Below, piece by piece: positions 22,262 through 34,835 of a stretch of 64,000 bases of DNA. The notes under the pieces were generated by a model. That model ran no database searches. It was not told the DNA's origin and saw only the letters and a program-made list of their open reading frames with translations. The translations under genes and the position numbers were made by a program. Within the stretch, counting starts at the first letter, position 1. Each line of letters begins with the position of its first letter. This stretch comes from Macrostomum lignano (lineage: Eukaryota): positions 1,178,001 through 1,242,000 of the forward strand of contig NIVC01000023.1 in the NCBI GenBank assembly GCA_002269645.1, read 5' to 3'.

Positions 22262-25200
22262 CACATGGTGACGCGAATTGCGCAAAATTGCACAAAATTA
22301 CGTGAGAAAATTGAAAAAAATTGGGCAAGAATTGCGCAATAATTGCACTCAAATTGTTCATTAAGTGCAATAAAATTACACGAAATCACGCTTAAAATTA
22401 CAATTTAATTGAGCATAAAATTGCAATTCAAGAGCTTAGAAATTGCCGTTGGAGTGGCACTTCAGAATATTGATACGCTCGTATTATAGTGCAGGTAAAT
22501 TTTAAGACTTCCCAAATTTAGCACTCGATCTGCAATTTTCATTATATCTGCTCAGAATTGAACCCAGAAAAGTAATTAAGACACAGTAAAAACCACCGGT
22601 GTTATTTCGGAATACATTAAATTTTGCAATTTTTCAATAAGATGTTATAATCATTTTTCAATCCAATACATTTCATTGTAATTTTTTATTTCACTTTACT
22701 ACATATTAAAAAATAAAACTACAAACAGATACTAAATATAAACGTGTACGGGCAAAAAACGATGTATAAGATACAAGAAAATACTTGCATAGATTAGTAA
22801 AAATTATTATTATTAAAATATTACTATTTAACTATTTAGAAAAATTATTATTAAACCATTAATAAGCACACTGAACATTGAAACTAATTGAAAAATTCTT
22901 TTACATTTGAAGTGCAAAAGCGTTCTAAATAAACATAATTTATTAGTTAAACAATATTTTAACTTTCAGGGGTGCTGGCTGCATCAGCATGTTTATCTAA
23001 GCAGTTTAAAACTTTAAAGATGAAGCCTTTTACACATCTATGATGAAGCTTTTGGATACTTTTAAGTTCAAAACCTTTCTAGATTCCGAAATGAGACTTT
23101 CTAAGAACCCACAGGTAATTATTTTGTAGAATTGAATATTTAAAAAAAGATCCCAGATAAAGTTAGGATTCACTTTTCGCTTATTTATAATTTTTTATCG
23201 CCTTTCCATGATCTTACTTAGACATTACTTTTTAAGGCTACCCAACATTGCCAGCCTGAAGCTCGTTAGAGCTTCCAGAAGTCAATTACAGTGATTACCT
23301 TGCAGTGATTTAGTGATTGCTTATTTAATGTTATTCCTATAGGCTATAACTGATACTTAATGGTTTCCAGTATTGTCTTTCTTACACTTGCCAGAAATGT
23401 CACGAAACATTTGATTTAACGATGCTCGCACAGATCTCCAGTTGTAGGCTGCAAACCATTCGGACAAAACAGCTCGAAGCTCCTCGACAGATTGCTCGTC
23501 CATCGCAATGCGCTCCATTAAGCCATTCAGCTCAATAATTGCAGAAATGCAATACTCCTCACCGAAGCATCAAAGAACGTACTTTATGTACATTGGAGTT
23601 TATGTACATTGGCCCGCTATGAGAATTCGATTTAGGAAACTATAGAAGCACAAACTCGAAAGGCAACGGTTGGTCAAATTTGTCTGCAGCATGCCTTCGA
23701 TTTTGTGTGTTCATTTCTTGGCTGAAAGAGAAACACAATTGAGTATTGAGTTGAAGTTGCACTGCTTTATAATTATAAAAGAGTATTATATTATAAATAA
23801 TAATTATAAAATAATGATATAATTAATAATTATAAAATAATTATATAATTAATAATTATAAAATAATTATAATAGATTATAAAAACAAAGTAGCTTTTTG
23901 AGCCACTTATTTTATTTATTTATATAGATTTCATTTTAGAATTTTGGCATACCATTAATTTGTATATGGAATCATAAAATATTATTTTGAAAACTTGCAA
24001 CCAAGATTTTCATAAAACAATCTAGATATCGTGATATGATATATAGTCTAACAGACAATATATCAATAGAAGCCAAAATATTAAATACCTTAAAATAGTA
24101 GCTAATTAGTAAACAGAAGCTATACAAATGATTATACGCTCATAGCTAGGCCTAGTCATTAAGTCATTGATTAAGTTAGTAATCTAGTATATACCTACTT
24201 ACTCAACTATCTTTTGCATATATTATGCTGTACCATTTAATAACCTGATAAGCTTCAGTTTGACTTTTAGACAATACATCAATTAATTTAATTAGAAAAA
24301 AGTAAATGTTTTTAAAATAGCTATAGCTACATTAATTAAAAACCTATTTGTAGGCCTAGCTAATTCATAAATGCCTATTAAACAATGATGTTCAATTTCA
24401 TGCTTCACTAATTTAATTTAATGTATAGCTCCTATAAATAGTAGAGCTACTAAAATAATTTTGAATTGAAATACATAATGTAATGACCAATGACAATGTA
24501 ATTACAATTAAAGTATAACTTATTAATACAAAATTTTAGTCTACAAAGTGCCACTGCAGTATTAAAATTAATTGTATGCACTTGCCTGATACTGAGAGAG
24601 CTCTAGTCCTAGATATAAGAAAATGATAGAAAAGTATAATTACATGTATGAAACTAAAAGATAAAGTTCAAATACAGAGTTGACAAAACATTAACAATGA
24701 CATAGTACATAGACAATTGGTAGCTTTTAGTATTTTATAAAAGGAGCTATGAAAAATGAATTGGACAAACTCCAATAATGCTAGCTAGACTAGTCAATAC
24801 TTATTAGTAATAGCTAGCAATAATAGGACTAGAATTAGATATTAGATAAACTAAAAAACTTTTTTTGAGTTTTACAATCTTAAGAAGTCAAGACTACAAG
24901 AGTAAATAGCAAGGCTAAGTTCTTGTCATTTACGATAAGTGAAAAGCAAGTGGCATTACTAGCCTTCAATTTCAATTACAATGATAAAAAAAGCTAGTAA
25001 AAACAACAAAGGAGAAGGCAACAACAACAAGCAAGAGCAAGAAAGCAGCAATACGTCGACCAATATGGAGCAATAAGGCGCGCTGCTTTTTAAATTTAGC
25101 AAAGTTGTTACACTTTTAAACAAAAAATTCCTAAAATGGTAGATACACTTTCTATTGAATATACAAAGCAGATAGATTTCTAAGAAAAATCAATTTTATT

Positions 25201-25716
25201 TGTTTGTAAGAATTTAGAACACTTTAAATTTGTTCAGGGAGTCGTGAAAATGCAGTCATGTAAGTACAACTTATATTGTGCATATTTGCAGCTTATATAA
25301 ATCATTTTATACCTCAATTTCGAAGACTTTGTCTATACTATGCTTCAATATATTGCAATTCATTTTCTGTACTCGTCAGAATCTGCATGTAATCGTTAAA
25401 AAATAATTTCTTTTGGCAATCTACATGTAATAGATGCGATGTAAATGTACCAGTAGCAAGGATATTTTTTATCTACTACTATACAAGTAATATTTAAAGC
25501 ATATTTGAAATTGAAAAAATTGCAATATTCTTTGCAATGCGATTGCAAGAATTTCACTTTCTTGATATGTCTTTAACACTACTTACATAAGCATCTAAAG
25601 CGCACATGAAAGTTGAGAAAATTGCAAGTTCTATGAGAAAGAAATTGCAATTAAGTCAATTATTCTGAATAAAATTGCAAGTTTCAAATTTTTTCCTCAA
25701 TTTCGGGTATCATGTG
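22262..25716. mobile_element. Non-autonomous CMC/EnSpm-like element (3.45 kb)
   Basis: CACATG...CATGTG termini with further imperfect TIR similarity, AATTGC subterminal repeats at both ends, flanked by GG within a G-run. Confidence 0.7.
23357..23590 (-). pseudogene. Decayed exon similar to the BEN-like C-terminus of the accessory gene at 27688-29639
   Basis: YIKYVL*CFGEEYCISAII...VEELRAVL...WRSVRASLNQMFR versus FIKRYIKHRFGEGYLIEHII...VAEFQRLL...WQSVRDHLNQLAR. Confidence 0.55.
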
Positions 25717-27687
25717 GGGGACAGGAGGAACATGTCCCTCCACGGCCCCAGTAAAAGCTATGGGGGGAGACATGCCAGTGCTTTGTCCCCCCCACCCCAC
25801 CTTGTGACTGGTTGTGGTAGTCAATGATTTTTCTTCAGGGCGCCAAAATAGCGCCTGCGGTGCTAAGATGAGTGCCTGCGGCACTAAAATGAGTGCTGAC
25901 AACAGATTCTGAAAATAATGTACATGTAGGAATTTACTCATGTACACCCTAGACTCCAATCATGGATTATCCATGCATGGTCCATGATTACATGCATAAA
26001 CCATGCATGACCATGTTGTTTCCATGCATGGCCTCTTTTTTGTCCCATCGATATCCCATGCATGGCTTTAGAATTTAAATTGTTCGAGAGTGTTACTGAA
26101 AATGAACGTAGCACAGAAAAGGCATTTATTAAAAAAGTTGATCTGTGGTGACCGGAATACCATTTCATCTTCACTAAAAATTAGAGTTGTGTTTTTTTGT
26201 TATTTCTTCTCACGCAAATCTGCACAAATCATAATGAAAACACTAAAATGAATGGTGCGCTGAAATGGAATTATCTTAGTATCGTACAATGTTAGGCCTA
26301 TAATATAGTACGGTACTTTAAAGCTTTCAGCTCTGTGTTTCAAACTTTATTGTTGTCTGCAAAGAGTAGAATTCTCGATTCTTCTATTTTGTAATATTGT
26401 ACTTCAACTGCAATTTGTTTGCTAATGAACTTTAGTTATATTCATATCTATGTATATTATCTACAATAGCTTTTATTGATGCATTAATATTGGTATTGAC
26501 TATTGCCATTGTTAAATGCCAAGTTGATGCCAATATGATGAATGAATATAATTTTGTATGCCTTGCCTTTGTGAAGCTTAGTAATATTAATACACCTATA
26601 TTTATTGGCTAATGGCTATGTAACATTTGACTCATTGAGATGTTGCCCTTGTGGCCCTGTAATATATGGCCTAGGCCCTAGGCCTAATATATTATAGGGC
26701 CCACATAGGGCTAGGCCTATATCATATAGGTTCCTTAGGCACTAGGCCTAATCTTTGATTTAATATAGACTAGGCCTATACTAGGCTAGGCTCTATGCAG
26801 TATAAACATATTTATAAGGCCTTATCTATGAGATATATGAGTAGGCCTATGACAATAAAGCATATTGTTATCATTACTTATATATTATTTTACTTTTTAT
26901 GAAGTTAGAATTGTCCTTTAAAAATCAATTTATTTCTAGGGTCAAGAATAGACCCAAAGGCAAAATAGAGGCTAGGGGCTATTATTATGGTCTAGATTAG
27001 GCCTAGTCTTTATTAATAATAATATTAGGCTACTATTAGAACTACTTGGCATGTCATATATTTTAGAATCTAGACCATCTTCAAAGGTGGATACCTAATA
27101 AAGGAGACAAAAGAAATCTGCTTCCTATTCTAATTTACATCAGTAAATATAAAGTAATAAGAATAGGCCCTATGCAATGTTTAAGCTTAAACAAAGTTTT
27201 AATTCTCTTGACCTATGGCATTTTATTTCTCTTTCCCAAACCAACATAGGTCTCCACATTTGGTATATGCATTATATTATATTATTAGTGTAACAAAACT
27301 ATGGCAAATTGCCTTTTTTGCTCAGGCATCTACTTTTCAATGTGGCTATAGGCCCCTATACATACACATATATATATATATGATGAGTAGATGATGAGCA
27401 ACACAGCTATTTTATATATATACATAGGTGTAATAAATATGCTAGAATGAAATGCAGAAATATTTAGATTGTTTTTATATGCTCAAATGCCATTGAGATT
27501 TTGGACTGACTATTCGTCATCTTAAACTTTGTTTTGGATGTGGTAGTCTGGTATCTGGTTTATAATTAGGTATCTATGCATGGCATTTGCCTCTTTGGTC
27601 TAGTGACTTTATGACTTTCAAAAAGTTTTTCCCTTATAAAAAATCATTTACCTAGACAATTTTATACTTCAGAATGTGATTTAAGTC

Positions 27688-29639
27688 ATGGCTTCTACCC
27701 GAAGGACTTCAAAGACGCCTTCAAGATTTACAACTGACTATTCATCAACCTTCTATTGCTTCATTTTGCATTCAGTAGCACATGATGAACAATATGTTTC
27801 TATTTCTTTTGGTTCACCATATTGGCCAAGGTCTATGACTGATGAAGATAAGATTCAATTGATACAAGTAAGAGAATTGTTTGATTTTTTAAAAAAATTA
27901 ATCAAAAAAATTAATTTATTAATAATAAACCAGATTTCTTTTTTTCCTATTTTTAGGGAAACAAAGTGTTTCTTCACATGTATGGTAAGCTCTTTGCTGC
28001 TACCCTAGTAGCAAAAGGAACAGAGCGCCATATCACTTCTGCCATGAACCAACTTTCAAACTTGGTTAGTGAGGCAGAGAATACAGATAGCCTCATAGAA
28101 CAGGCAATTGAGCATTTTCGGAAGAGTGACTCAACATCAAAGTTGAAGTCTACCTCTAACCAGCAGGCTATTGAGCCTAGTTCACATGACCATGACCTTC
28201 TGAATGACATGTATGACCTAGCTGGAGTAGATGATGAGCAACAAAGCTCATTCCTGGAATCAGTGCCTCAGCATATGGGTAAGAAACTCTTTGGGCTTCA
28301 TCTTTAAAGATAGATAAAAATGTTTGCTTCTGATATTTTCATATTTCAATGAGAGCTTGTTTCCATTTTTAGCTAAAGTGGCTTCTGTTTTTGACAAGGA
28401 GGTTGGCATTGTAACCAATGAAATTGCACAAGCTGCAAGCTTCATGGACTCAAGTTAGTACAAATTCTGTTCTTTTTTATAATTGTTCATGTTGACTAAT
28501 GAAAAATATTTTACTAATTAATGATTTTCTTGACTTAGATTATAAGGAGAAGTCATTTTTATTTAGAAGATCATTATACTCCTATTATATTTTATTGTTC
28601 ATGTAATCTAAGGATACATCTATATTTTCCTCTTGTTATATCTAGGCAATGCTCTTGCTACACAAGATGCAGCCAGTCACAATGCTGAATCTGTGTCAGG
28701 TAAAAATGGTTTCCATTGTGTTTTGCTGATTGTAAAAGTATTTAAAAATTAGTAAGCCTCATTAAGCTCATCTTTACTTTTAGACATCAAAGAGTTCATC
28801 CGGGCTGAGTTAATTGCACTTGAGAAGCGCCTAATGGCCAGGATGAGTCGCCTTCTAAGGAAGGATGTCAGCTTTGGTGGCCAGCTGACAATTAAGGAGT
28901 ATCAAGATGAGGTAGCTCTGGTATTCTGAGTATTAGCAAATTGTACTTTTGGTTAACATACTTATAGTTATTTATATATACTGATTTTAGGAGTTCAGAT
29001 GCATTGATGGATCTCTGGCTACTGTTTCATCAATTTTGTGTAACGACCCCAAGGTCTTCATTAAGCGCTACATCAAGCATCGCTTTGGTGAAGGGTACCT
29101 AATAGAGCACATTATCGACTCCTCCTCTGGGCGACGCAGTGCCCGGCGACCAGCTCCAGCTGAGCATGTGGCTGAATTTCAGCGTAATGTTATTTGTACT
29201 ATGCTAATGCAATTCATTTGAAAAAACAGAAGTTTATGAGAACTTTATGTGAACTTTAAGAACTTTATGAACTTTATGAACTTTAAGTTTATGTGAACTT
29301 TATCTTGCCAACAATTCTAAATTATAGAAAGATGAATTGTAAATTTGAATTTAGACCAGGAACTGAGATCTAGACTCAATTTTAGTGTAATTAATTAAGA
29401 GGTGATTTTTAGGCATGCACCAATTTTGCAAATGGAGGGCATTTTCGTAATGGTAAGTATTAAGTTCAACCATTTCTATCCCCCAAATACTTCGTCTTCC
29501 AGGTCTTCTGCAGCTGTGCTACCGGACATCTGGCTTCAACTTCAGCGAAATATGGCAGTCTGTCCGCGATCATCTTAACCAGCTAGCCAGGGAAGAAACG
29601 CGTTCCAGGAAGCGATCTGCTGCTGAAGCAGCGGCCTAA
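27688..29639 (+). CDS. Transposon accessory protein, 7 exons (27688-27867, 27957-28278, 28373-28453, 28646-28699, 28784-28911, 28991-29183, 29503-29639; 364 aa), coiled coil plus putative BEN-like domain
   Basis: Six GT-AG introns, all phases consistent, no internal stop. The BEN assignment is by pattern only. Confidence 0.75.
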
Positions 29640-29815
29640 GATTGTCGTTCTTCTCATGGACATGGATGCATCCTCTATGCTGACTTCTTTTTGCATGTGC
29701 TTATTTTTTCTACTACAATGTATTTCCTTTCATAATTTTGTCTGAAGTATTCAAAAATGCCTGGAATTCTCACTTGCTCTATAATCAAAAGTAATTAGTT
29801 CTTTTTCAACAAATT

Positions 29816-32113
29816 ATGGTAGAGTCTGAAAATGAAAGCGAGCCTTCTCTCTCAACTGACTATTCGGCGCACTTATGCGAGTCCATTAGTTCGCCTTCTG
29901 ATATTTCATCATTGAGCAATATCAGTGCGAATGCAAATGCACCTAGCATTGAAATCGATCTGAAGCGGACTAGCACTGCTGCTACTGCTTGCTCTGATGA
30001 TTTAGTGCCAGATGATGAGGACATTAAAAATCTGTCTAGTCTATCAACCATTTCTGATCCTGATGTACAAGCCGCTCTAATCTACCAATGGGCCATTACA
30101 TCGGGGGTTTCTGAGGCAGCTCTCGATAGGCTATTAAAGCTTGCTTCTGTTCTTCTTCGGGGTGCAGGGCCCCACACATTTCCAACCAGCGCTAAAGTGC
30201 TTAAGTCGAGACTAAACAATGTTTGTTCTATTAATGACAGCTGTGTTTCCGAGATTTCTGTTTGCAGTGAATGCAAAGGCAAATGTGATGTTCATCCTCT
30301 AAAGGCAAAAGCTACCGTGACTCTTCTAGACATTGTTCCTCAGCTCCGGGTCATCTTGACTAGGTACATTGGAACAATTCTCCAGTATGAGCAGGAGTTA
30401 CGAATGAGTAGAAACAGTGATGTCCTGAATTCCGAAATTGTGAACAAGCAAAATTTAAAGCTATCCTCAGGCAAAGAACTCCACTTGCATCTTCTCATAT
30501 CTGCTGATGGTGCCAACTTTTTCGAAAGCATTCAGAGCAGTTTTTGGCCATTTCAAGCCCAAATTCTGAATCTCCCAGGGCATATTCGTCAACGCTTTGC
30601 CAATCTAATTCTCATAGCCCTTGTTTCCTCCAGGGCCGTTCCTAACTTTCAATATTTTTTGTCCGATTTAATGAATCGCTTGCCGAAGCAGTTTGATTTT
30701 TTGGACTATTGTGTGTACGTCCATTGCACACTATTTGTGTGTGATTTACCAGCTCTTGCTAAGCTCTTTTGCATTCGTCAGTTCAATGGGGCATTTAGTT
30801 GTCCGAAGTGTCTCCATCCTGGCGAGAGTATAAAAGTGTCTCAAAAGGGATCAAATTGGGTTTTCCGATTTGACAAGAACCACATTTTTCCTCTGCGAAC
30901 AGCAGCTACTCACAATGAGCATTGTCAACTTGCTAACATTCGCAACAAGCCTGTTTTCGGTGTAAAAGCACGCAGTTGTTTGTTGAACTACATTTCTTTT
31001 CCGAACTGCTATGCCATCGACAGCTTACATTGCTTTTTTGAAGGTCATATAAAATACCTTTTAGAAGAATTGACATCCTCGGCGAATAGACATGAGCAAT
31101 ATTTTTGCTCAACAAGTTGTCTGGCATTTGTCGCAGCTTGTATACGCAATTCTGTCATCCCATCCAGTGTTTTCGTTAATTCCAATTTTGGAAGCTTTTC
31201 GGATTGGAAGGCCAAGCATTTTAAAAGTTTTGCTTTGTATTTTCTTTTTCCTACCTTAGTGCAGCGAGTAACGCATTTGCCTCTGAAGCTGCTACTTACT
31301 AATTTGGTGCTTCTTTATCACATGCTATATAACCCACGGTCGAATAAGTCCGACATTGAAAAATTGGCTGAGTCGTTTGTTGGCAATGCTCAGAAAGTCT
31401 TCGGTCCGAGAATTTTGCGTCTAAACTTTCACTTGCTTTTGCACATTGCTGATCAGTATGAATTGCTTGGTCCTGTGTCTTTTTATTCCATGTTTGCTTT
31501 TGAAAGCGCAATTGGAATGTTTAAGAAATTTTTGTGTGGAACTTCATCGTTTGGCTCCCAGCTAGTATTGAAGTTTTTGTGGCAAAAGGAGCTATTTCAT
31601 TATTTTAGTCAAGCCCAGGATCCTGCGGTTCTAGAAGCCTTCAATTCCATATCTTTGGAGCCAATGCGATCAGAGGGCATTCTTCGAAGCTCTGAAGCCT
31701 ATGTCCATGGATATTTGTTTTCCAGTGTACTCTCTGCTGGCAAATCTACCAGCTCAAATCATCTTTGCATTTTGAAGTCTGGCGAAATTTGCTCAATCCT
31801 TGAATTTAAATTACCGAATCATGTGCGCGTTCAAATTCTGGAACCAATCGTCTCGCTTTTTGACTACATTTCTTCTAGCACATCATGGCCTGAGGATTTA
31901 GTAGAGTGGCAACAGATGCTTAGCGCAATGTTTAAGAGGTGCTCGTCATTTAATTATGTTCTAGTTATTTTGTCGACTGCACAGCGATTGTCCCCGGAAA
32001 AGTTTGTCAATCTGGCGGATATCGACCGTCCTTGCATTGCTGTTCCCGTAGCGTCCTATAGTAAGGATTGCTTTTGTGCTATTCCCCTGTGCAAATCATT
32101 TGAGCATGATTAG
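29816..32113 (+). CDS. EnSpm/CMC-type DDE transposase (765 aa, intronless)
   Basis: LISADGANFF..SSFWP..ILNLP..R, CDLPA, FNGAFSCPKC, IDSLHCFFEG, NFHLLLH, SMFAFES motifs. Confidence 0.93.
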   Translation: MVESENESEPSLSTDYSAHLCESISSPSDISSLSNISANANAPSIEIDLKRTSTAATACSDDLVPDDEDIKNLSSLSTISDPDVQAALIYQWAITSGVSEAALDRLLKLASVLLRGAGPHTFPTSAKVLKSRLNNVCSINDSCVSEISVCSECKGKCDVHPLKAKATVTLLDIVPQLRVILTRYIGTILQYEQELRMSRNSDVLNSEIVNKQNLKLSSGKELHLHLLISADGANFFESIQSSFWPFQAQILNLPGHIRQRFANLILIALVSSRAVPNFQYFLSDLMNRLPKQFDFLDYCVYVHCTLFVCDLPALAKLFCIRQFNGAFSCPKCLHPGESIKVSQKGSNWVFRFDKNHIFPLRTAATHNEHCQLANIRNKPVFGVKARSCLLNYISFPNCYAIDSLHCFFEGHIKYLLEELTSSANRHEQYFCSTSCLAFVAACIRNSVIPSSVFVNSNFGSFSDWKAKHFKSFALYFLFPTLVQRVTHLPLKLLLTNLVLLYHMLYNPRSNKSDIEKLAESFVGNAQKVFGPRILRLNFHLLLHIADQYELLGPVSFYSMFAFESAIGMFKKFLCGTSSFGSQLVLKFLWQKELFHYFSQAQDPAVLEAFNSISLEPMRSEGILRSSEAYVHGYLFSSVLSAGKSTSSNHLCILKSGEICSILEFKLPNHVRVQILEPIVSLFDYISSSTSWPEDLVEWQQMLSAMFKRCSSFNYVLVILSTAQRLSPEKFVNLADIDRPCIAVPVASYSKDCFCAIPLCKSFEHD

Positions 32114-34345
32114 GAAGCAATTATTTTGTTTACTACGAGTTGACATATGCTTGGCGTGCTTTAAAAGCAGCTATCCGCTAATTTCGGCGAAAAATTACCT
32201 ACATCAATGTCAAAAAGTTTGTGGCGCATTCCCGGGTCGGCTTTTTATCAAATGCAGAATGTGACATAATATCTGGTTGCCAAGAGTGGCAGTTAGCAAT
32301 AGCGAAATATTGACTTGTAAATCTTTGAATTTGTTTGATAAAAGTGCGCCAAATGTGTCATTTTATCCGTGTGCATTCATATTTGTTCAACTTTCAATTT
32401 ATCATGCGCCATTATTTAGGGCTTTATGTTCGATGCCTGCAAAAGCTACACATGTGCGTTCCATGCCCCCCATTGTGTTTCATGCGAGCATACGTTTTTG
32501 CAGTTAATTTTTTGTGTACATTTTCATATTGTTCCTTTTGTGCTCCAATGCTTGCTTCTAATTTCTATTCATTGTCTATTTTTAATTACGTCATGTCTTA
32601 TGTACATGTACTCTATCCTGTGAAAATTTGTACTCCAATGCATATGCTTTTCGTGTGTCAGCACTTTTTTGTCGTTGATTGCTCCGTTACATTTTTCACA
32701 GTCTTTTATGCTAAAAGACTCCTATGTTTCGCTGTCATTTCTATCAACTGTTTAATTTTTTGTGTGCATTTTTTCATGTTCTCTTTTAATAGTTTTTATT
32801 TTATTTTTCTCAAATACATGTCGTTTTCCCATTTCTATAAAGGCTATAAAATTTACCTATATAACACACTTTCGTTGCTATGAAATGATTTCCATTGGAT
32901 TTGCTTTTGTTTCTTTTAGAGCTTCTTTAAAGAATAATGATAATTACGAATGATCAAGGACAACAATTAGGAATATATAAAGCGCTCTAAGCACATGTTG
33001 TAATTTCTACTTGCAAAAGTAGTGTCATGAGGAATATTGACCGCTTTTTAGTTTCATACATGGACATGGATGGCATCTTTCCATGCATGAATTCAACATG
33101 GAACCATACATGATCACGGATGGGGCCATACATGAGCAGGGATGATACATGGATGGGTTCATGTATGAATCATGGATGACTTGTCCATGATTGGAGTCTA
33201 GGGCATGTACACGTAGAGAATTCTTGGCTTTGTCCCCCCCCACCATAAAATCCATCATGGTGACGCCCCTGGGTGATATTGAATAGAATTGTACAGATTC
33301 ATAATAGATATATGGGGTTCTCATGTAGCTATATGCTGCGTACATATAGCTACAGCGAATTATGGGGATCATTTCCTCAAGCATTTCAAACCAAATAAAG
33401 ACCAACTGAAAATTCAATATAAGTTGCCGTCCGCACACATAGCGTTTTACATGTCGAAGTTCGCTTCCGTAAGTTAACCGAAAGTTTCTAAAAATGCAAT
33501 CACTCAAACATCCAGTAACACGCAGTGCAATATATAATTACCGCGTGAACTATGTACATGCATATCGGTGCTTTGGTTTTCATTGGAACTACATGCATCT
33601 ACCATATGTCACTGACGATAGAGCTGGCCTATTTTTTTATTTCAGTGCAATTAAGTTTTTACACCGAGATAACAGCTATCAAGAATTCCACAGTTGGGTT
33701 AAAATGTTCGCACGCTATAATAAAAATGCGGTGATTTTATGCAACAGCATTTACTGTTCGTCAGTATAGGTGGGGGTTTCCATTTGAGAAATTTCCACAC
33801 ACTCGGTTCTACATGCAATATATTATGAATGTGTATTTGAAAAAAATTAGAACACATTTTGAATCTACTACCGTACAGCATTCCAATTACATGTTTTCAT
33901 TTAAATACTTCGTAAATGGATATGCATGGTTTCCAATAAACTCGGCCCGAAAGCCCAAATTCATGTCTCCAACGTTTTTAGCTAGGCCCGAGAATCTCGA
34001 TCTCCTGATTCGTAGGTGTGTGACCCGGGACATTTTTTGTCTAAGGCCAAACTGTATAGCTGACGTACGTGATAAATAGAGTTCGTGGCCAGCTAATTTA
34101 GCCAGTATTTCGTTATGGCCTTTTGAAATTTAGAAGTACGGATACGCATGGTATGATCACAGGCACCGAAAAGATGAATAAGTATACTATACGAAGTATA
34201 TAGATAAAATTACGGGTGTCCCAAGAATTAAGGATAAGAAGGTATCAAAAAAATTAGATGGAACAGCGGAGTACTGCCATAGAATTAAAAATAGTTGAAA
34301 AATTAGCTAGCGAGCAGAAGCTATTGAAATCATTTCAGAAAAGTG

Positions 34346-34655
34346 GCCTCCAAAACCATAGACACAAAATCTACCATTGTGTACCTCCAAAACCATAGAC
34401 ACAAAATCTACCATTGTGTGTCTCCAAAACCATAGACACAATCACCATTGTGTGCCTCCAAAACCATAGACACAATCTACCATTGTGTGCCTCCAAAACC
34501 ATAGACACAAAGTCTACCATTGTGTACCTCCAAAACCATAGACACAAAATCTACCATTGTGTACCTCCAAAACCATTAGACACAATCTACCATTGTGTAC
34601 CTCAAGAACCATAGACACAATCTACCATTGTGTGCCTCCAAATCCATAAACACAG
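34346..34655. repeat. 35-37-bp minisatellite containing CCATAGAC
   Basis: About 8 units of CCTCCAAAACCATAGACACAAAATCTACCATTGTGT. Confidence 0.92.
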
Positions 34656-34665
34656 TCCATCATTA

Positions 34666-34835
34666 ATGGGCGTCGCCATGGATTTTATGGTGGGAAGGGC
34701 GAAGCCAAAAGTTCTACATGACAGTTCCTACATCATTTTGGGAATCTATGTTGTTAGCACTCATTTTGGCGCTGTAAAGCAAAATGATTAATTTTCATAA
34801 CGGGTGACAGGTGGGACATGCCCCTGGGGACGCTC
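34666..34835 (+). mobile_element. Degenerate short relative of the hAT MITE
   Basis: GGGCGTCGCCATGGATTTTATGGTGGG start matches the 53404 element; ends in a CATGCCCCTGGGGACG-like motif. Confidence 0.5.

Larger units (their letters stand above)
25947..33203 (+). mobile_element. Full-length CMC/EnSpm (CACTA-like) DNA transposon, 7257 bp
   Basis: Perfect 20-bp TIR CCCTAGACTCCAATCATGGA, CCATGCATG-type subterminal repeats, two intact genes. Confidence 0.92.
22236..33271 (-). mobile_element. hAT-type MITE split into three pieces (22236-22261, 25717-25946, 33204-33271) by two nested insertions
   Basis: Ends CAGGCGCGTCGCCA ... TGGTGACGCCCCTG; the joined pieces align with the reverse complement of the intact element at 53404-54875. 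Confidence 0.8.

Noticed and set aside
32335-32883. 182-aa hydrophobic ORF in the transposon 3' region
   Set aside because: T-rich low-complexity sequence with no motifs.
34346-34655. CRISPR-like 36-37-bp periodicity (also 60920-61275)
   Set aside because: Units are contiguous with no unique spacers, there are no cas genes, and the context is eukaryotic.
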